DNA of 64,000 nucleotides, from assembly GCA_041671645.1 (NCBI GenBank), contig JBAZBD010000001.1:799234-863233 (forward strand), in the 5' to 3' direction. This DNA is from Patescibacteria group bacterium (GTDB lineage Bacteria > Patescibacteriota > UBA1384 > XYA2-FULL-43-10 > 1-14-0-10-43-13). The notes below the pieces were generated by a model. The model was not told the origin of the DNA. It made no database searches and saw only the letters and a program-made list of their open reading frames with translations. Shown here in pieces: positions 49,291 to 58,748 of this stretch (its first letter is position 1; every line of letters begins with the position of its first letter). The position numbers were made by a program, and so were the translations under genes.

Positions 49291-50279
49291 TTATCTTTCC
49301 CTTTTAAGTAGTGTGAGGCCTCTTCTGGCGGCATAGTATTGATGATGATTTCGCTACCCAATTCAAATCCTCCGTAGCGTGAAACCCTGGGCGCAATTTC
49401 CATGTGCCAGTGATATGAAGCTGAGTCATCAAATATGGTCGGTAGTGTATGAATATAGAAGTTTAGAGGTGGATTGTCAAGAGTTTTGTCGATCATTTGG
49501 AGCACCTTGTGGGCCGCTTCGGAGAATTCTTTCATGCTAACTTTCGAAGTCATCTCAAATTGGCTCTCATGACTCTTCGGCATTATCCAAGTTTCAAATG
49601 GAAATCGGGAGGCATAAAAGTTGAAGGCAATAAATCGGTCATTTTCATAAACAATTCTCATCTTCTCTTTCTTCTCGTGCCGAATCATGTCGCAATAGAC
49701 ACAGGTACCATTGATACCAAAATATGTATCAGAGCCGTTCAACTCTCGGCCGACCATGTTAGAGACAACTCCTGAGGCAAAAATCTGGGCATGAGGGTGA
49801 TCTATCGAAGCACCTGCCTCAGCTCCATGATTGTAAATTGGCACAATCGAAGAAATCTTCTCGTGATCCTTCATCCAGATATAACGGTCGCGGATAACTT
49901 CGAACAATTCGTCCAGTATAGCCTGCGGCATCTTGAACAGGGTCATCTCGTGCTCTTTGACGATGACGACTTCATGGTCGCCTACCGAAGCCCGAGCGCG
50001 ATAAAATCCTTCCTCGGGATAGAAGCTTCGAACGCTCTTGTGCGATTCGTCCTCAAGGAAAGCCGGAAAACGATTCTCTACAACATAGACGTGAGGAGTC
50101 TGGCATTTTCGTACTTTTTCGTTTTGTTTGTAGCCCTCGGAATCGACGCAAAAAGGACAATTCGTCTTGTCGGCTACCTTAACACTTTTGGGGATAATAA
50201 AATCACGAGGCCGTTTGGCACGCTCCGGCGCTACAACAACCCAGTCACCGGTGATAATATTTTGACGTAATTCAGGCAT
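49287..50279 (-). CDS. galT: Galactose-1-phosphate uridylyltransferase-like HIT-family nucleotidyltransferase.
   Basis: N-terminal CPFC zinc motif and the HPHAQI histidine triad (a HxHxQ variant). Confidence 0.7.
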   Translation of the reverse strand: MPELRQNIITGDWVVVAPERAKRPRDFIIPKSVKVADKTNCPFCVDSEGYKQNEKVRKCQTPHVYVVENRFPAFLEDESHKSVRSFYPEEGFYRARASVGDHEVVIVKEHEMTLFKMPQAILDELFEVIRDRYIWMKDHEKISSIVPIYNHGAEAGASIDHPHAQIFASGVVSNMVGRELNGSDTYFGINGTCVYCDMIRHEKKEKMRIVYENDRFIAFNFYASRFPFETWIMPKSHESQFEMTSKVSMKEFSEAAHKVLQMIDKTLDNPPLNFYIHTLPTIFDDSASYHWHMEIAPRVSRYGGFELGSEIIINTMPPEEASHYLKGKDK

Positions 50280-50377
50280 GATTCCCTCCGGTCAAATGTT
50301 CAATGATCAAGTGTCAATTTTCAACTAATTTTGAAATTAAAAAAATGAAATGATCATTGATAACTGATACTTGATAA

Positions 50378-50899
50378 TTAATCGGCCTTTAGCCGATTGT
50401 TGGTTTGTGCGTGTGTAATCGCAACTGCCAGGGCGTCTGCCGCATCATCTGGCTTGGGGCAATCTTTCAGATCGCAGACGACCCGCACCATCTCCTGCAT
50501 CTGCTTCTTGTCCGCCCTGCCATACCCAGTCAGGGCTTGCTTGACCTGGAGAGGCGTATACTCGAAAACTGGCAGACCATATTTCAATCCGGTCACGACT
50601 GCCACGCCTCGCGCCTCTGCCACCGATATGACCGTAGTCGCGTTCTTGAAAAAGAACAGCTCCTCCACAGCCATTTCGTCTGGTCGGTTCTTTTCAATTA
50701 TATCACAAAGAGAGGTGTAAATATGAAGTAACCGCTTCATTTTGTCGGTCTTGGGCGGGGTAATAACACAGCCATATTTGAGCGGTTTGATCTTGTCGCC
50801 GCTCTTCTCGATCAGCCCCCAGCCAAGAATTCCGGTGCCAGGATCAATTCCTAGAATCCTGACGGATTTAGTTTTCAGTTTACAGTTTACAGTTTCCAT
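50378..50899 (-). CDS. ruvC: Crossover junction endodeoxyribonuclease RuvC.
   Basis: RILGIDPGTGILGWGLIE, with an RNase-H fold and conserved acidic residues. Confidence 0.9.
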   Translation of the reverse strand: METVNCKLKTKSVRILGIDPGTGILGWGLIEKSGDKIKPLKYGCVITPPKTDKMKRLLHIYTSLCDIIEKNRPDEMAVEELFFFKNATTVISVAEARGVAVVTGLKYGLPVFEYTPLQVKQALTGYGRADKKQMQEMVRVVCDLKDCPKPDDAADALAVAITHAQTNNRLKAD

Positions 50900-50965
50900 T
50901 TATTTTTTGTAATTAAAAATTATTAATTGATAACTAATTGAAAACTGCTAACTGACAATTGCTAA

Positions 50966-51697
50966 CTATAAGTTCGCGTTGCTATATACATTGTTCACAT
51001 CATCGAGGTCGTCTAAATGATCGATAATTCTTTCGATCATTTCTTTCTTGTCATCAGCCAAATCAATATAATTGGAAGCAATTTGTACTGCCTCGGCTGA
51101 ATCAACCTTGATGCCAGCAGACTCTAAATTAACTTTGACTGAATGGATATCAGTGAAGGCGCAGGTGACAACGATCAGATTCTCTTCTTTGTCAAAATCT
51201 TCTGCCCCAGAGTCGAGAATTGCCATTTCAATATCATCGGGACTGATTGAATTTTTACTGAGATCAATAATCATCTGGCCTGTTTTCTTGAACAAATATG
51301 AGACCGAGCCGGCCGAAGCGAGAGAACCGCCATTTTTGTTCAAAACCGTTTTGATTTCCCCAAGCGCTCTGTTTTTGTTGTCAGTCAAGCATTCGATAAG
51401 GATGGCAACCCCTGCTGGACCGTATGCCTCGTACGTAATTTCTTCGAGTGCTGCGCCACCGTCAAGACCGCCAAGACCACGCTTGATCGCTCGATCAATA
51501 TTGTCCTTCGGCATCGAAACAGACTTGGCATTATCAACGGCAACTTTAAGCCCTGGGTTCATCGTCACATCGCCAGATTTGCCATCACGAGCCGCAATAG
51601 TGACCAACTTCGCCGCTTTAGTGAAAACTTTGGCCCGCTTGGCGTCGATCACGCCCTTCTTATGTTTGGTCGTCGCCCATTTACTATGTCCTGACAT
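50966..51697 (-). CDS. yebC: YebC/PmpR family DNA-binding regulatory protein.
   Basis: MSGHSKWATTKHKKGVIDAKRAK is canonical. The ATG at 51697 has an AAGGAAA RBS. The 16-aa upstream extension in the ORF track is rejected. Confidence 0.9.
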   Translation of the reverse strand: MSGHSKWATTKHKKGVIDAKRAKVFTKAAKLVTIAARDGKSGDVTMNPGLKVAVDNAKSVSMPKDNIDRAIKRGLGGLDGGAALEEITYEAYGPAGVAILIECLTDNKNRALGEIKTVLNKNGGSLASAGSVSYLFKKTGQMIIDLSKNSISPDDIEMAILDSGAEDFDKEENLIVVTCAFTDIHSVKVNLESAGIKVDSAEAVQIASNYIDLADDKKEMIERIIDHLDDLDDVNNVYSNANL

Positions 51698-51803
51698 AAT
51701 TTCCTTGTCATCCCGAACTTGTTTCGGGATCTTAATTACAAACAATAGCGCCCATCTCTGGACACTATTGTTATAACAAACTTCAAACTATAAATCTATC
51801 TAG

Positions 51804-53609
51804 CTAATTGGTGAATTGGAAAGTAGAAGTGATTTTATCCTGAGTTGCCGATAGTTCGCCCGGACTGAAATGAATCCAATATACCTTGGAATTATGTTCT
51901 GCAGCTATTTGATAATATGCATCGCCGATTCCACCAGTTAAATATTTGTAGGCCTTTTCTCCATCTAATGTTGTGACGGCTATCTCTGAATTCGTAACAT
52001 CATTTCGGATAAAGCTATCTAAAGTCTTATCGTCGTTGTTAAATTTTGTAAATTCGGCAAGAGAGCTAACTGTCTGAACAATGATATTTGGTGAATAGGC
52101 TTCATTTTGCGTACCACTATTTTTTATAGCTTCATTCTTAGGAGAATTAAACGTGGCAGAGTCTGCTAAGACTCCTTTGGTCCAGTCAGCGGGGTATTTT
52201 ACAGAGTAGCCAAAAGCTGTGTCTGTATATGTCTTCCAAGTCAGAGTTTCGTCGTAAGTCAACGAATCGGCAATCAAACGAGCTGTCTCGATCTTTGCAT
52301 TTAGGTCAGAATAATCACCATTTTTAATCTTCTCCGCGATCTGTCTCGAGGATCCAACTCCGTCACATACATCTTCCTTGAGGGCAAGGCGCGCCGCCGC
52401 CGAGTCAGCAGTCATAGCCGCAGAAGATGAAGTGATACTTATTTCAATATTTGGAAATTCACTGTTAAGCGCAGTAACAACCTTCAGAGAACTACTCGGA
52501 GAACACTCACTGTTGAAATAATCGTAGACCAGCAGACTCTTATTGCTTAACTTTTTGACCATCAATACCTCCGGTATGGCTTGCGCACCGAACATGTTCG
52601 TTTGCAAATCTGCAACCGACCAAGAAGTATCTACCTTGACCTGGCTATAGGATGTATTAATTACAGGCAGTCCTTGAATATAAGCCTTTGCTTGGGCGCT
52701 TATGTCAAAAGATTTATCAGGGTCAAAATGAACAATTCCATTTTTGCCGTCAGAACTAGATATAAATTTGCCACCATATCCATCTTTTAGATTGTCGATC
52801 AGGTTAAGCTTCATGCTGGACCAATCTTGCGGATATTTAAGAGTGAATCCGACTTCTGTATTTGTATATGTCTTCCAGCCGAGGGTAGGATCAATCGCAA
52901 ATGTATTCAAAATATTCTTTTCCGTGGTGGTCAGATCGCTATCTACTTTTTTGTTCAATGAACTAATTTTATAAATATGACCGCTGCTTTCTAAAACAAT
53001 TACATATCCGCTGACATCTCCCGCTTGTGTCGCCGAATATGCGGTCTGACCAGCAAAAGTAATTTGTTTACTGTCGGAGAAACCAGATGTTTTCACATAA
53101 TCAGCAAGAGTCGCGGGCTTCGCTCCACCCAGACCGCCATAAGTGTCGCTAATACTAGCGTAGTAAGTCACCCCCATATTCGGGAAGACGGCTGCTCTTG
53201 AGGTAGGGTTTGCGACAGCATAATCATCGTTTGTTTTTTTGGTTTCTGGACTAGTTAGAGCGATAGAATTGGCGCCGAATACCGTTGCGGCATCAGCAAG
53301 CGTCCAATCAGTTGGGTATTTGATTGAATAACTAAACGCGGTGCTAGTGTATGTCTTCCAATCTGCAGTCGCGTCTACTGCTGTTGTCGTTGTGGTCGTG
53401 TCAGTCGTGGTAACCGTTGAAGCTGTGTCATCGCTTGATTTGGAGTTGATATAGCGATAGTAATAGGCGCCGGCAGCGACTACGAGAAGGAGGACGACGA
53501 GAGCCAATAATAGAATTACTTTGCTTCGTACTTTGGTCGATAGCACAAAACTTTTGTGCGATTCTGTCTTCTCCGTTTTTTGATCCATATTAATCTCTCC
53601 CTCTTTCAT
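51804..53609 (-). CDS. Hypothetical membrane-anchored surface protein with a Thr-rich linker and three similar repeats (WKTYT.T.FGYS.KYP.DW).
   Basis: N-terminal TM, a poly-Thr stretch and a thrice-repeated 20-aa motif at the start of repeated domains of about 170 aa. Confidence 0.5.
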   Translation of the reverse strand: MKEGEINMDQKTEKTESHKSFVLSTKVRSKVILLLALVVLLLVVAAGAYYYRYINSKSSDDTASTVTTTDTTTTTTAVDATADWKTYTSTAFSYSIKYPTDWTLADAATVFGANSIALTSPETKKTNDDYAVANPTSRAAVFPNMGVTYYASISDTYGGLGGAKPATLADYVKTSGFSDSKQITFAGQTAYSATQAGDVSGYVIVLESSGHIYKISSLNKKVDSDLTTTEKNILNTFAIDPTLGWKTYTNTEVGFTLKYPQDWSSMKLNLIDNLKDGYGGKFISSSDGKNGIVHFDPDKSFDISAQAKAYIQGLPVINTSYSQVKVDTSWSVADLQTNMFGAQAIPEVLMVKKLSNKSLLVYDYFNSECSPSSSLKVVTALNSEFPNIEISITSSSAAMTADSAAARLALKEDVCDGVGSSRQIAEKIKNGDYSDLNAKIETARLIADSLTYDETLTWKTYTDTAFGYSVKYPADWTKGVLADSATFNSPKNEAIKNSGTQNEAYSPNIIVQTVSSLAEFTKFNNDDKTLDSFIRNDVTNSEIAVTTLDGEKAYKYLTGGIGDAYYQIAAEHNSKVYWIHFSPGELSATQDKITSTFQFTN

Positions 53610-53698
53610 CTTGTTCCTCTCAGTCAGTTAGTGAACACATTGATTTTAAAATTGTATCTAGCTTTTATTGTACAACAAAAATAGTTTGGACAATAGTT

Positions 53699-54565
53699 TT
53701 ATAAGCTGTTTCCAAGTTTTGATCGCGATAATTTACCCGCCTTGTCGATTTCGAAGCAGATGTCCCCGTCCTGATCGGTGCGGGAGATTTGGATATTGTG
53801 CTGATTCAGCCCATCGAGCGTTTCCTGGTTGGGATGACCGAATTGATTGTTTAGCCCATCTGAAATGACAGCAAACTCTGGATTTGCTTTATCATAGACA
53901 GAGCTTAAATAAGCATTTTTGGAGCCGTGATGGGCGACTTTGACGACTGACTCCTTGGACAAATTCGGAAGCAGATCAGACTGTCTATCCGCTTCGATGT
54001 CACCAGTAAGGAGGAAACAATTTTCTTGGGCGCAAAAATCCAAGACGAGCGAAGAGTTGTTGAGATTGTCAATTTTCTGCTTCACATATTCTCCTCCCGG
54101 ATAGAGAAAGCGAATCTGGCCAGGTGGGACTTCAATTGTTGAATCAATTTGTGGCACCGACAGGGACAGATTTTTGTCCTTCAAACTGTTCAAAAACTTT
54201 AGATATTGATCTGACTCAGCCACCACTCCAGTGCCGTAAACCTGACCAACGGTGTAGCGAGCTAAGACTTCATTGATCCCGACAATGTGATCGGCGTGTG
54301 GATGAGGAAGTATGATGAGATCGATTTTTCTGTCTTCCAGAGCCATCATTTTCGGTAATTTTTCCAAGACTTTGGCATCTGGCCCGCCGTCAATTAGTAT
54401 TTGGAAATCGCCCTTGGATATCATGGCCGCGTCTCCTTGGCCAACGTCGAAATAACAAACTTTGGTCAAGTCTGTGGCTGGAGAATTGAAAATCAGAAAG
54501 ATAAAGGAAATCGGCAGGAGCAAAGATACCATGATTATTTTTTTGGCGTGTTTTCTCATGATCAA
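53699..54565 (-). CDS. comEC: ComEC/Rec2-type metallo-beta-lactamase domain protein (C-terminal module of ComEC encoded as a separate gene).
   Basis: Own N-terminal TM. CYFDVGQGDAAM and LIILPHPHADHIVG form the MBL-fold HxHxDH motif. The ATGA overlap with the upstream ComEC membrane gene implies translational coupling. Confidence 0.75.
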   Translation of the reverse strand: MIMRKHAKKIIMVSLLLPISFIFLIFNSPATDLTKVCYFDVGQGDAAMISKGDFQILIDGGPDAKVLEKLPKMMALEDRKIDLIILPHPHADHIVGINEVLARYTVGQVYGTGVVAESDQYLKFLNSLKDKNLSLSVPQIDSTIEVPPGQIRFLYPGGEYVKQKIDNLNNSSLVLDFCAQENCFLLTGDIEADRQSDLLPNLSKESVVKVAHHGSKNAYLSSVYDKANPEFAVISDGLNNQFGHPNQETLDGLNQHNIQISRTDQDGDICFEIDKAGKLSRSKLGNSL

Positions 54566-56001
54566 AAAGTTAGCGAAGCTAGCGGAACACGAGCTAAATA
54601 ATGAATTGCCAAGATAACGTATTCGAGCATCGGCCAGAGCAGGAGGGCAATGGCTTGAGCGAAAGGCGCCCAGATGAAGCCCAAAATTATGGCGACAAAA
54701 GTGAATAGCATGATCCAGGCCACGCTCCAGACGACCAAGAGATTGGCAATCGGCGAGATCAATGAAATTGTTCGGAAATTGTAGAAAATGATCGGAATTA
54801 CGGCGAGCTGAGCCGCCAGAGTCTCACAGGTCATCTTGGCGAAGTCAGGTGTTTCGGAACGCTTCGAGATTTTTTGATACAAATCAGAGAGCAATGGAGC
54901 GAGATATATGATACCGATGAAAGCGGCGAATGAAAGTTGGAAGCCGAGATCATAGAATAATAGATACGGATTTTGCAGCAACATAACAAGCGCAGTCAGA
55001 GTCAAAATATTGAGCTGATCAGCCCTCCGGCCGTAAGTCGTGCCGAAAAGAATCAGCATCGAGAAGATTCCGGCTCGGACAACCGAAGCGGAGCATCCGG
55101 TCGCCAAGATGAAAATGATGACGAAGATTAGTCCGGCCCAAAACGATCTCTTCTTGCCCAGAAACCCAGCAAGGACCCAGGCTAGAGCGATCGTAATGAT
55201 AGTGACGTTAAATCCCGAAAGAGCCACGATGTGAGTCAGCCCCGTTTTCTGGAGATCATCCTTCAGCCCCTGGCTCATATTGGATTGGCTGCCAAGCAAG
55301 ATTCCACTAGCGAGCGAGGCGTGTGGCTCAGGCAGGGATCGGCTGATCAGACTGGCTGATTTCTCTATTGCCAAGAAGAGCGCACCCTTAACCGTCACCC
55401 AGATAGAGCTATCCTGCCCAACGATCGTAATCTGCTCGCTCTCTAAGATGCCATAAATCCCCTTCCCTTTGAGATATCCTGGATAATCAAAATCTTCAAT
55501 TTTCTCTGGTTTGACTATTTTCCCATTAATCTCTAATTTGTCGCCATATCGATAAATCGGAAAAACTGGAGCCTTCAGAAGCAAACGAGTTTTCTTGCCT
55601 GCCTCGGCGGCAGACGGGCCATTTATATCCGCCAGTACTGTCAATTTTTGATTGGTCGCCGTCACCGCCGGTCGCTCCGCCACGACGACATTAAAGCTCG
55701 CGCTTTGGTCAAAAATGAGGCTGGGCGTGCTTTTGTAGGAAAAATATGATAAATAGAAAAGTCCAAGGGAGAAAAATAAAAAGGCAAAGGAGATCAGGAC
55801 CAGCCCCCGTAATTTAAGAAGAAAATTGATGAAAGCGGTCAGAATGAGAGCGCAAAATAGAAAAATAAACAGACGGAAATCTGCTAAATAATTGAGAGTC
55901 AGGAAATTCGCAAAAGTTAGGCCAACCAAAAATGAGATCGCAAGAACTGTGAAAAGACGAAAGGGATAAAATAAATTCTCCCACCAATCTTTGAAAAGCA
56001 T
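54562..56001 (-). CDS. comEC: ComEC/Rec2 membrane channel module (DUF4131 plus Competence domain).
   Basis: Polytopic membrane protein with THIVALSGFNVTIITIALAWVL (ComEC 'SGxH' region). The combined size with the MBL gene, about 767 aa, equals canonical ComEC. Confidence 0.75.
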   Translation of the reverse strand: MLFKDWWENLFYPFRLFTVLAISFLVGLTFANFLTLNYLADFRLFIFLFCALILTAFINFLLKLRGLVLISFAFLFFSLGLFYLSYFSYKSTPSLIFDQSASFNVVVAERPAVTATNQKLTVLADINGPSAAEAGKKTRLLLKAPVFPIYRYGDKLEINGKIVKPEKIEDFDYPGYLKGKGIYGILESEQITIVGQDSSIWVTVKGALFLAIEKSASLISRSLPEPHASLASGILLGSQSNMSQGLKDDLQKTGLTHIVALSGFNVTIITIALAWVLAGFLGKKRSFWAGLIFVIIFILATGCSASVVRAGIFSMLILFGTTYGRRADQLNILTLTALVMLLQNPYLLFYDLGFQLSFAAFIGIIYLAPLLSDLYQKISKRSETPDFAKMTCETLAAQLAVIPIIFYNFRTISLISPIANLLVVWSVAWIMLFTFVAIILGFIWAPFAQAIALLLWPMLEYVILAIHYLARVPLASLTF

Positions 56002-56061
56002 ATTGATTTAGGATTTGAGAATACTATATCATAAACGAAGGGATTAATAAGGAATACCAAT

Positions 56062-56538
56062 ATGAAAAGCAAAAAAGTACAACCAGATACAACAATAGAA
56101 TCAGAGCAAAAGATTGCCGAGCTGACCCTTGGCTGGCAGAGAACTCAAGCTGATTTTCAGAATTTCCGACGCCAGGTCGAGTTAGATCGGCAGAAACTGC
56201 TCAAGACGGCTAGCGCCCAGGTGCTGGAAGATATTTTGCCGGTGTTGGACAACTTCCAGCTTGCGGCCAAGCACGCTCCGGCAGAATTGGAAAATAATAA
56301 TTGGGTTATCGGCATCAAACAGATCGAGAAACAGCTCGAAGGCATCCTGGCCAACGAGGGCTTGGTAAAAATAGAAACAATCGGCCAACAATTTAACCCA
56401 GAATTTCATGAAGCAATCGAGCATCTCTCCTCCGACAAACCAGAAAATGAAATTGTGGAAGAAGTTTCGTCTGGCTACACTTACGAGACCATCGTCCTCC
56501 GACCAGCAAAGGTAAAGGTCTCTTCAGGAAAACAATAA
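56062..56538 (+). CDS. grpE: Nucleotide exchange factor GrpE.
   Basis: Coiled-coil N-terminus, LEDILPVLDNFQLA and the C-terminal beta domain. Confidence 0.9.
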   Translation: MKSKKVQPDTTIESEQKIAELTLGWQRTQADFQNFRRQVELDRQKLLKTASAQVLEDILPVLDNFQLAAKHAPAELENNNWVIGIKQIEKQLEGILANEGLVKIETIGQQFNPEFHEAIEHLSSDKPENEIVEEVSSGYTYETIVLRPAKVKVSSGKQ

Positions 56539-56664
56539 GCCCTAATTTACAGAAGAACCAAAAAAGTCGGCCTAGCCGTCTTTTTTGATAGGGGGTCTTG
56601 ATCCGTCCTTCGTTAAAACTACGGAGGATCAACCCCTCCGTAGCTCCTGCGGAGCAAAGGGGGG

Positions 56665-56694
56665 TTGACAAAATGTAAAGTCTACTTTACATTT
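56665..56694 (+). promoter_or_regulatory. dnaK promoter (TTGACA-N17-TACATT) overlapped by a perfect 11-bp inverted repeat, AAATGTAAAGT-ct-ACTTTACATTT, a candidate heat-shock operator.
   Basis: Consensus -35 hexamer. The inverted repeat spans the spacer and the -10 element. It is neither CIRCE nor HAIR. Confidence 0.4.
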
Positions 56695-56727
56695 TAGATA
56701 GTATTATTTTATTAACAAGGAGTTCAT

Positions 56728-58632
56728 ATGTCCAAAATCATCGGTATCGACTTAGGTACCACCAACTCAGCTGTCGCTATTATGGAAGGTGGCGAAGCCA
56801 AGATTATCACTTCCTCAGAAGGCGGACGAACCGTCCCCTCAATCGTGACTGAGACCAAAAAGGGCGACCGATTAGTCGGTCAATTGGCCAAGAGACAAGC
56901 TGTCACAAATGCAGAAAACACTGTTTTCTCGATCAAACGTTTCATCGGTCGTAAGTTCGACGATGCTGACGCACAGGCAGATATCAAGAAAATGCCTTAT
57001 GGCGCCAAGAAGGCCTCTGATGGATCGATCCGAGTCAGCATGATCGGTCAAGAGTACAGCCCACAAGAAATCTCTGCCTTCATCTTGCAGAAATTAAAGA
57101 CCGATGCTGAGACCTATCTCGGCGAGAAAGTAACAGAAGCCGTCATTACTGTGCCTGCCTATTTTAATGATGCTCAGCGCCAAGCGACCAAAGATGCTGG
57201 CAAAATTGCAGGTCTCGAAGTCAAAAGAATTATCAACGAGCCGACCGCGGCCGCTCTTGCTTACGGACTAGACAAACAGAAGAATGAAAAAATCGCTGTT
57301 TACGACCTCGGTGGCGGAACATTTGATATTACCATTTTGGAGCTGGGCGATGGCGTTTTCGAAGTCAAAGCAACCAACGGTGACACTCATCTCGGCGGCG
57401 ACGACTTTGATCAGCGAATCATGGACTACATTATCGATGAGTTCAAGAAGGATCAGGGCGTCGATCTACACGCCGACAAAGCAGCAGTCCAAAGAGTCAA
57501 GGAAGCAGCCGAAAAAGCCAAAATTGAGCTCTCGACCGCTCTTGAGACTGAAATCAACCTACCTTTCATCACCGCTGATGCCTCCGGTCCAAAACATTTG
57601 ACCCTGACAATCAAACGCGCTGATCTCGAAAAAATGGTTGGCGAGTTGATCGAAAAGACGATGAAGCCATGCCAGAAGGTCTTGGACGACGCTAAGATGA
57701 AAAAAGAGGATATCAATGAAGTGATCCTGGTCGGTGGCATGACACGTATGCCAGCCGTTCGTGAGGCAGTCAAGAAATTCTGGGGCAAAGAGCCAAACCA
57801 TTCCGTCAATCCTGACGAGGCCGTCGCTATCGGTGCCGCTATTCAGGGCGGAGTCTTGGCTGGAGATGTCAAAGATTTGCTCCTGCTAGACGTGACTCCA
57901 CTCTCTCTTGGAATCGAAACTTTGGGCGGTGTCTCGACCAAATTGATCGAGCGCAATACTACTATCCCAACCAGCAAATCACAGATTTTCTCTACCGCAG
58001 CTGACAATCAAACTTCTGTAGAAATTCATGTCTTGCAGGGCGAGCGCGAAATGGCCGCCGACAACAAGACGCTTGGCCGATTCATGCTTGATGGCATTCC
58101 ACCTGCCCCACGCGGCATTCCACAGGTCGAAGTTTCCTTCGACATTGACGCCAACGGCATTGTGAATGTCAAAGCTACCGACAAAGCAACCAACAAAGAG
58201 CAGAGAATCACTATTACTGCTTCGAGCGGACTATCTGAATCTGAAATTGAAAGAATGAGAAAAGAAGCCGAAGAGCATGCTGACGAAGACAAGAAGAAAA
58301 AAGAGGCTGTCGAAGTCAAAAATATGGCTGACACATTGATCTATACTGCTGAAAAGACACTAAAAGACGCAGGAGACAAAGTTGATTCTAACTTGAAATC
58401 TGATGTCGAGCAGAAAATCCAAGCCTTGAAGGACGTCAAAGACAAAGATAATCTCGAAGAGATCAAGACCCAGACAGAATCTCTCAGCACTGCTCTGCAG
58501 GAAATTGGCAAGAAGATGTACGAACAGGCTGCCAAAGAGCAACCAAAAGCCGACGGTGCGAAGGAAGAGGAAAAGGCCGAAGAACCCAAAAATAATCCGC
58601 CAGCTGGCGGAGATGAGCCAAAAGCTGAATAA
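56728..58632 (+). CDS. dnaK: Molecular chaperone DnaK (Hsp70).
   Basis: [18 protein letters not shown] and the rest of the canonical Hsp70 sequence. The RBS is AAGGAG. Confidence 0.97.
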   Translation: MSKIIGIDLGTTNSAVAIMEGGEAKIITSSEGGRTVPSIVTETKKGDRLVGQLAKRQAVTNAENTVFSIKRFIGRKFDDADAQADIKKMPYGAKKASDGSIRVSMIGQEYSPQEISAFILQKLKTDAETYLGEKVTEAVITVPAYFNDAQRQATKDAGKIAGLEVKRIINEPTAAALAYGLDKQKNEKIAVYDLGGGTFDITILELGDGVFEVKATNGDTHLGGDDFDQRIMDYIIDEFKKDQGVDLHADKAAVQRVKEAAEKAKIELSTALETEINLPFITADASGPKHLTLTIKRADLEKMVGELIEKTMKPCQKVLDDAKMKKEDINEVILVGGMTRMPAVREAVKKFWGKEPNHSVNPDEAVAIGAAIQGGVLAGDVKDLLLLDVTPLSLGIETLGGVSTKLIERNTTIPTSKSQIFSTAADNQTSVEIHVLQGEREMAADNKTLGRFMLDGIPPAPRGIPQVEVSFDIDANGIVNVKATDKATNKEQRITITASSGLSESEIERMRKEAEEHADEDKKKKEAVEVKNMADTLIYTAEKTLKDAGDKVDSNLKSDVEQKIQALKDVKDKDNLEEIKTQTESLSTALQEIGKKMYEQAAKEQPKADGAKEEEKAEEPKNNPPAGGDEPKAE

Positions 58633-58748
58633 TTTGCTTCCATATTTGCCCTCTATTGCTTAGAGGGCAAGATGGAGTTAAAATTATAGAGATCTGGTTT
58701 TGTCCGATTTCAACTTAACATGGAGGGTCCCCTCAGGGGGAAAGTTTT

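Noticed and set aside
50381-50400. The hairpin AATCGGC-cttta-GCCGATT near the ruvC end, as a possible terminator.
   Set aside because: It lies inside the RuvC coding sequence (the last codons, ...NNRLKAD) and is not intergenic.
51072-51776. A 234-aa plus-strand ORF.
   Set aside because: It is antisense to the well-conserved yebC gene.
58722-58748. A CCCCTCAGGGGG mini-palindrome upstream of the GTG start at 58749, as a possible RBS-sequestering hairpin (a similar CCCCTTCGGGGG lies at 60948).
   Set aside because: The stems are only 4 to 5 bp with 3- to 4-nt loops, too weak to call. They are noted only as a recurring GGGGGAAA motif before membrane-protein genes.
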